From NCBI GenBank assembly GCA_963785205.1, contig CAWAUJ010000002.1, forward strand, positions 37,436-101,435: a stretch of 64,000 nt of DNA. The letters are read 5' to 3'. A program made the position numbers and the translations under genes. The notes beneath the pieces are model-generated. The model saw only the letters and a list, made by a program, of their open reading frames with translations. It was not told the DNA's origin and searched no databases. Of this stretch, positions 61,599-64,000 are shown piece after piece; positions within the stretch are counted from its first letter, which is position 1, and the number at the start of each line of letters is the position of its first letter. The stretch comes from an uncultured Solirubrobacterales bacterium (lineage in GTDB: Bacteria > Actinomycetota > Thermoleophilia > Solirubrobacterales > Solirubrobacteraceae).

Positions 61599-62516
61599 AT
61601 GGCTAGATCAAACCCCGCTCCGCTCCGCCGCCGCCCCTCCAATCAGGCCGAGGCTGGTCCCAGGCGCGCTGGCGCAGCCAAGCCGTCCCAGCAGCCAGCG
61701 CTCCCACCCGTGGTCGAGTTCCGGGGCGTGACCAAGCGCTACGGCCGCGACATCGGGCTTGAGGGGGCCACGTTCTCGATTGCACGCGGCGAGTTCGTGT
61801 TCTTGGTGGGCAGCACCGGGTCGGGCAAGTCGACGGTGATGCGGCTCCTGATCAAGGAGCTCGAGCCCACCGAGGGGACGATCCGAGTGGCCGGCCACGA
61901 TCTTCAGGACATCGTCCGCCGCCGCGTGCCGTTTTACCGGCGCAACCTCGGGGTGGTGTTCCAGGACTTCAAGCTCCTCCCGAGCCGGACCGTGTACGAC
62001 AACGTGGCCTATGCGCTCCAGGTGACCGGGCGCTCGCGCAAGGAGATCCGGGCCAAGGTGCCCGACATCCTGCGCCTGACGGGGCTCTCCCTCAAGCTTC
62101 ACAACTATCCGGATCAGCTCTCGGGTGGCGAGCAGCAGCGCGTCTCGATCGCCCGGGCGTTTGTCAACCATCCGCCGCTATTGCTGGCTGACGAGCCCAC
62201 CGGAAACCTCGATCCTGAGACGAGCATCGACATCATGCGTCTGCTCTACCGGATCAATCGCACCGGGACCACCGTGCTGGTGGCCACGCACGATCACACG
62301 ATGGTGGACAAGATGCGCCGCCGCGTGCTCGAGCTCTCACACGGCCGGATTGTCCGTGACGAGGCCACTGGCCTGTACGCCCGGGACGAGAGCACGCGGG
62401 AGTTCGCCCGCCGCCTGCGCTCCCTCGGGACGCGCCCACCCAGCCTGGACGGACCGGCCGCCCAGGCTGAGCAACCCCAACCTCACGCCGCCCTGCCGTT
62501 CGAGGACGAGCTGTGA
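61599..62516 (+). CDS. ftsE: cell-division ABC ATPase FtsE (with N- and C-terminal extensions)
   Basis: [10 protein letters not shown], Walker [10 protein letters not shown], signature [14 protein letters not shown], Walker [16 protein letters not shown] 61599 is chosen inside ORF 61524..62516. Confidence 0.9.
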   Translation: MARSNPAPLRRRPSNQAEAGPRRAGAAKPSQQPALPPVVEFRGVTKRYGRDIGLEGATFSIARGEFVFLVGSTGSGKSTVMRLLIKELEPTEGTIRVAGHDLQDIVRRRVPFYRRNLGVVFQDFKLLPSRTVYDNVAYALQVTGRSRKEIRAKVPDILRLTGLSLKLHNYPDQLSGGEQQRVSIARAFVNHPPLLLADEPTGNLDPETSIDIMRLLYRINRTGTTVLVATHDHTMVDKMRRRVLELSHGRIVRDEATGLYARDESTREFARRLRSLGTRPPSLDGPAAQAEQPQPHAALPFEDEL

Positions 62517-63397
62517 GGCTGTCGGTTCGCTTCTTCATCCGGGAGGCCCTGCGCGCGATGCGGCGCAATGCCGCCCCCAGCTTTGCCGCCCTGGCCACGG
62601 TTCTGGTCACGATGCTGGTCGTCGGGATCTTCATCCCAAGTGTGGAGGCCAGCGACTACATCGCCAACCAGGTACGCCAGCGACTGATCGTCGACGTCTA
62701 CATGAAGACAGGCGCCAGCACGGCTGCCGAGGCCCGGGTCAAGCGAGAGATCCTGGGGATCCCGCACGTCAAATCGGTTCGCTTTGAGTCAAAGACCCAG
62801 GCTTTTGCTCAGCAATCAAAGGCGAATCCGGCCGCCTACCAGCTGCTGGGCGCAAACCCGCTGCCGGACACCTTCCACGTCTATCCGGACAATCCGGCCA
62901 ACGTGTTGGCGATCCACAAGGCTCTGACGCCAAACGGAGGCACGATCGACCCGGCCATCCAGAGCGTCTCCAACAAAAAGCAGTACACCAAGAAGGCGCT
63001 CGAGCTGACCAACGCGGTCAGGTGGGGTGGGCTGGCCTTCGCCATCCTGCTGGCGATTGCCTCGGTTCTGCTGATCGCCAACACGATCCGCCTCTCGCTC
63101 TACGCCCGCCGGCGTGAGGTCGAGGTGATGAAGCTCGTGGGGGCGACGGACTGGTTCATCCGCTGGCCGTTCGTGATCGAGGGGATCATTGTCGGGGCGA
63201 TCGCTGGGGTCGTGGCCATCGGCGTGCTGGCGGTGGTCAAGGTTGCCCTGCTCAACCCCCTATTCGCCGGCTGGTCGGTGGTCAGCCAGATCCGCACGAT
63301 CTCCTTCCCGCTGCTCGTGCTGATCCTGCTCGGAGCCAGCGCGGTGCTGTCTGCGCTCGGCTCGGGAATCTCACTGCGGCGATTCCTCAGAGTCTGA
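62513..63397 (+). CDS. ftsX: cell-division permease-like protein FtsX
   Basis: GTGA overlap with ftsE. FFIREALRAMRRN, one TM, a periplasmic domain, then three C-terminal TMs (MKLVGATDWFIRWPF). Confidence 0.9.
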   Translation: MRLSVRFFIREALRAMRRNAAPSFAALATVLVTMLVVGIFIPSVEASDYIANQVRQRLIVDVYMKTGASTAAEARVKREILGIPHVKSVRFESKTQAFAQQSKANPAAYQLLGANPLPDTFHVYPDNPANVLAIHKALTPNGGTIDPAIQSVSNKKQYTKKALELTNAVRWGGLAFAILLAIASVLLIANTIRLSLYARRREVEVMKLVGATDWFIRWPFVIEGIIVGAIAGVVAIGVLAVVKVALLNPLFAGWSVVSQIRTISFPLLVLILLGASAVLSALGSGISLRRFLRV

Positions 63398-63445
63398 TCT
63401 GAGCCCGCGCCGTGAGCCGCAGCGCTCCGGCTACTCTCACGGGGT

Positions 63446-64000
63446 ATGGCTCGATTGCGTAGTGCCCCGCGCGTCGCTGCCACCGCAGTCGTCGTGCTGG
63501 GCGTCTTCGTGCTCGGCATATGGCTCGGTGGACATCCCACCTGGCTGCCCCAGAGCTTCCGGAACGCGTTTGAGGCGAACTCGAGCGGAAGCCTGGTCAA
63601 CACGGTGCTGGACACGATCGAGCACGACTACTACCGCCGGGTGAAGCGCGCCCAGCTGGTCAATCTGGGGCTGACGGCGATGGTGGCCAGCCTGAATGAC
63701 CCGTATTCGCATTACTACTCGCCATCGGAATACAACTCATTCCTCAACGAAACCAATCCGAAATTCGGCGGCATCGGCGTGAGCGTGCTCCCCGCGACCG
63801 ATGGTCTGAGGGTGATCGACGTGTTCCCGAACTCGCCGGCGGCGAAGGCGGGAGTGCATCCTGAAGATGTGATCGTGGACGTGAACTCGACCCGCCTGGC
63901 CGGCCGCACGGCCCAGTTTGCTTCCAGCCTGATCCGCGGCAAGCCGGGCACCAAGGTGGGCATCACCGTCCGGCGGGGGAGTCGGACCGCCAGGTTCTCG
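63446..64000 (+). CDS. S41-family C-terminal processing peptidase (Ctp/Prc), N-terminal part (3' end outside the window)
   Basis: ATG 63446; TM AATAVVVLGVFVLGIWL, then LNDPYSHYYSP...FGGIGVSV...VIDVFPNSPAAKAGV (PDZ). Open to the window end. Conserved ftsEX-ctp order. Confidence 0.8.
   Translation, partial: MARLRSAPRVAATAVVVLGVFVLGIWLGGHPTWLPQSFRNAFEANSSGSLVNTVLDTIEHDYYRRVKRAQLVNLGLTAMVASLNDPYSHYYSPSEYNSFLNETNPKFGGIGVSVLPATDGLRVIDVFPNSPAAKAGVHPEDVIVDVNSTRLAGRTAQFASSLIRGKPGTKVGITVRRGSRTARFS

Overview
GC-rich chromosomal segment (third codon positions are almost all G/C) with actinobacterial-type core synteny: prfA-prmC ... tsaC-like ... glyA ... wecA-like ... atpZ/I-BEFHAGDC, hpf-secA ... prfB, nadC-nadA and ftsE-ftsX-ctp. 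A deep-branching actinobacterium (Thermoleophilia/Rubrobacteria-like) is my low-confidence guess. I support about 60 protein genes, mostly housekeeping plus envelope functions (LCP, UDP-glucose dehydrogenase, PGI/PMI, MprF-like, six tandem MCE genes). I saw no rRNA, tRNA, CRISPR array, transposase or integrase. Features that ordinary annotation does not explain: (1) a 438-codon LAGLIDADG-type intein sits exactly at the catalytic Cys of UDP-glucose 6-dehydrogenase and ends in Pro-Gln instead of His-Asn. (2) A membrane diguanylate cyclase carries an extracytoplasmic loop of two modules of 12-residue CxxxC repeats (24 Cys) after a His/Arg-rich tract. (3) Three abutting perfect 24-bp palindromes, each centred on CATG, plus a further long hairpin lie in the divergent region upstream of nadC-nadA. 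(4) Two adenosylhomocysteinase genes sit in tandem; the second (archaeal-type) has the catalytic Lys / Asp-Asn positions altered. (5) At least ten single-extra-base frameshifts, nine within 44.3-52.3 kb, break secA, two mce genes and others; these are most likely consensus errors. (6) The six-gene mce cluster has no yrbE permease genes. (7) prfB has the canonical programmed +1 frameshift. I cannot name a single multi-gene novel system with confidence; the intein, the Cys-repeat sensor and the palindrome block are the best candidates for something undescribed.
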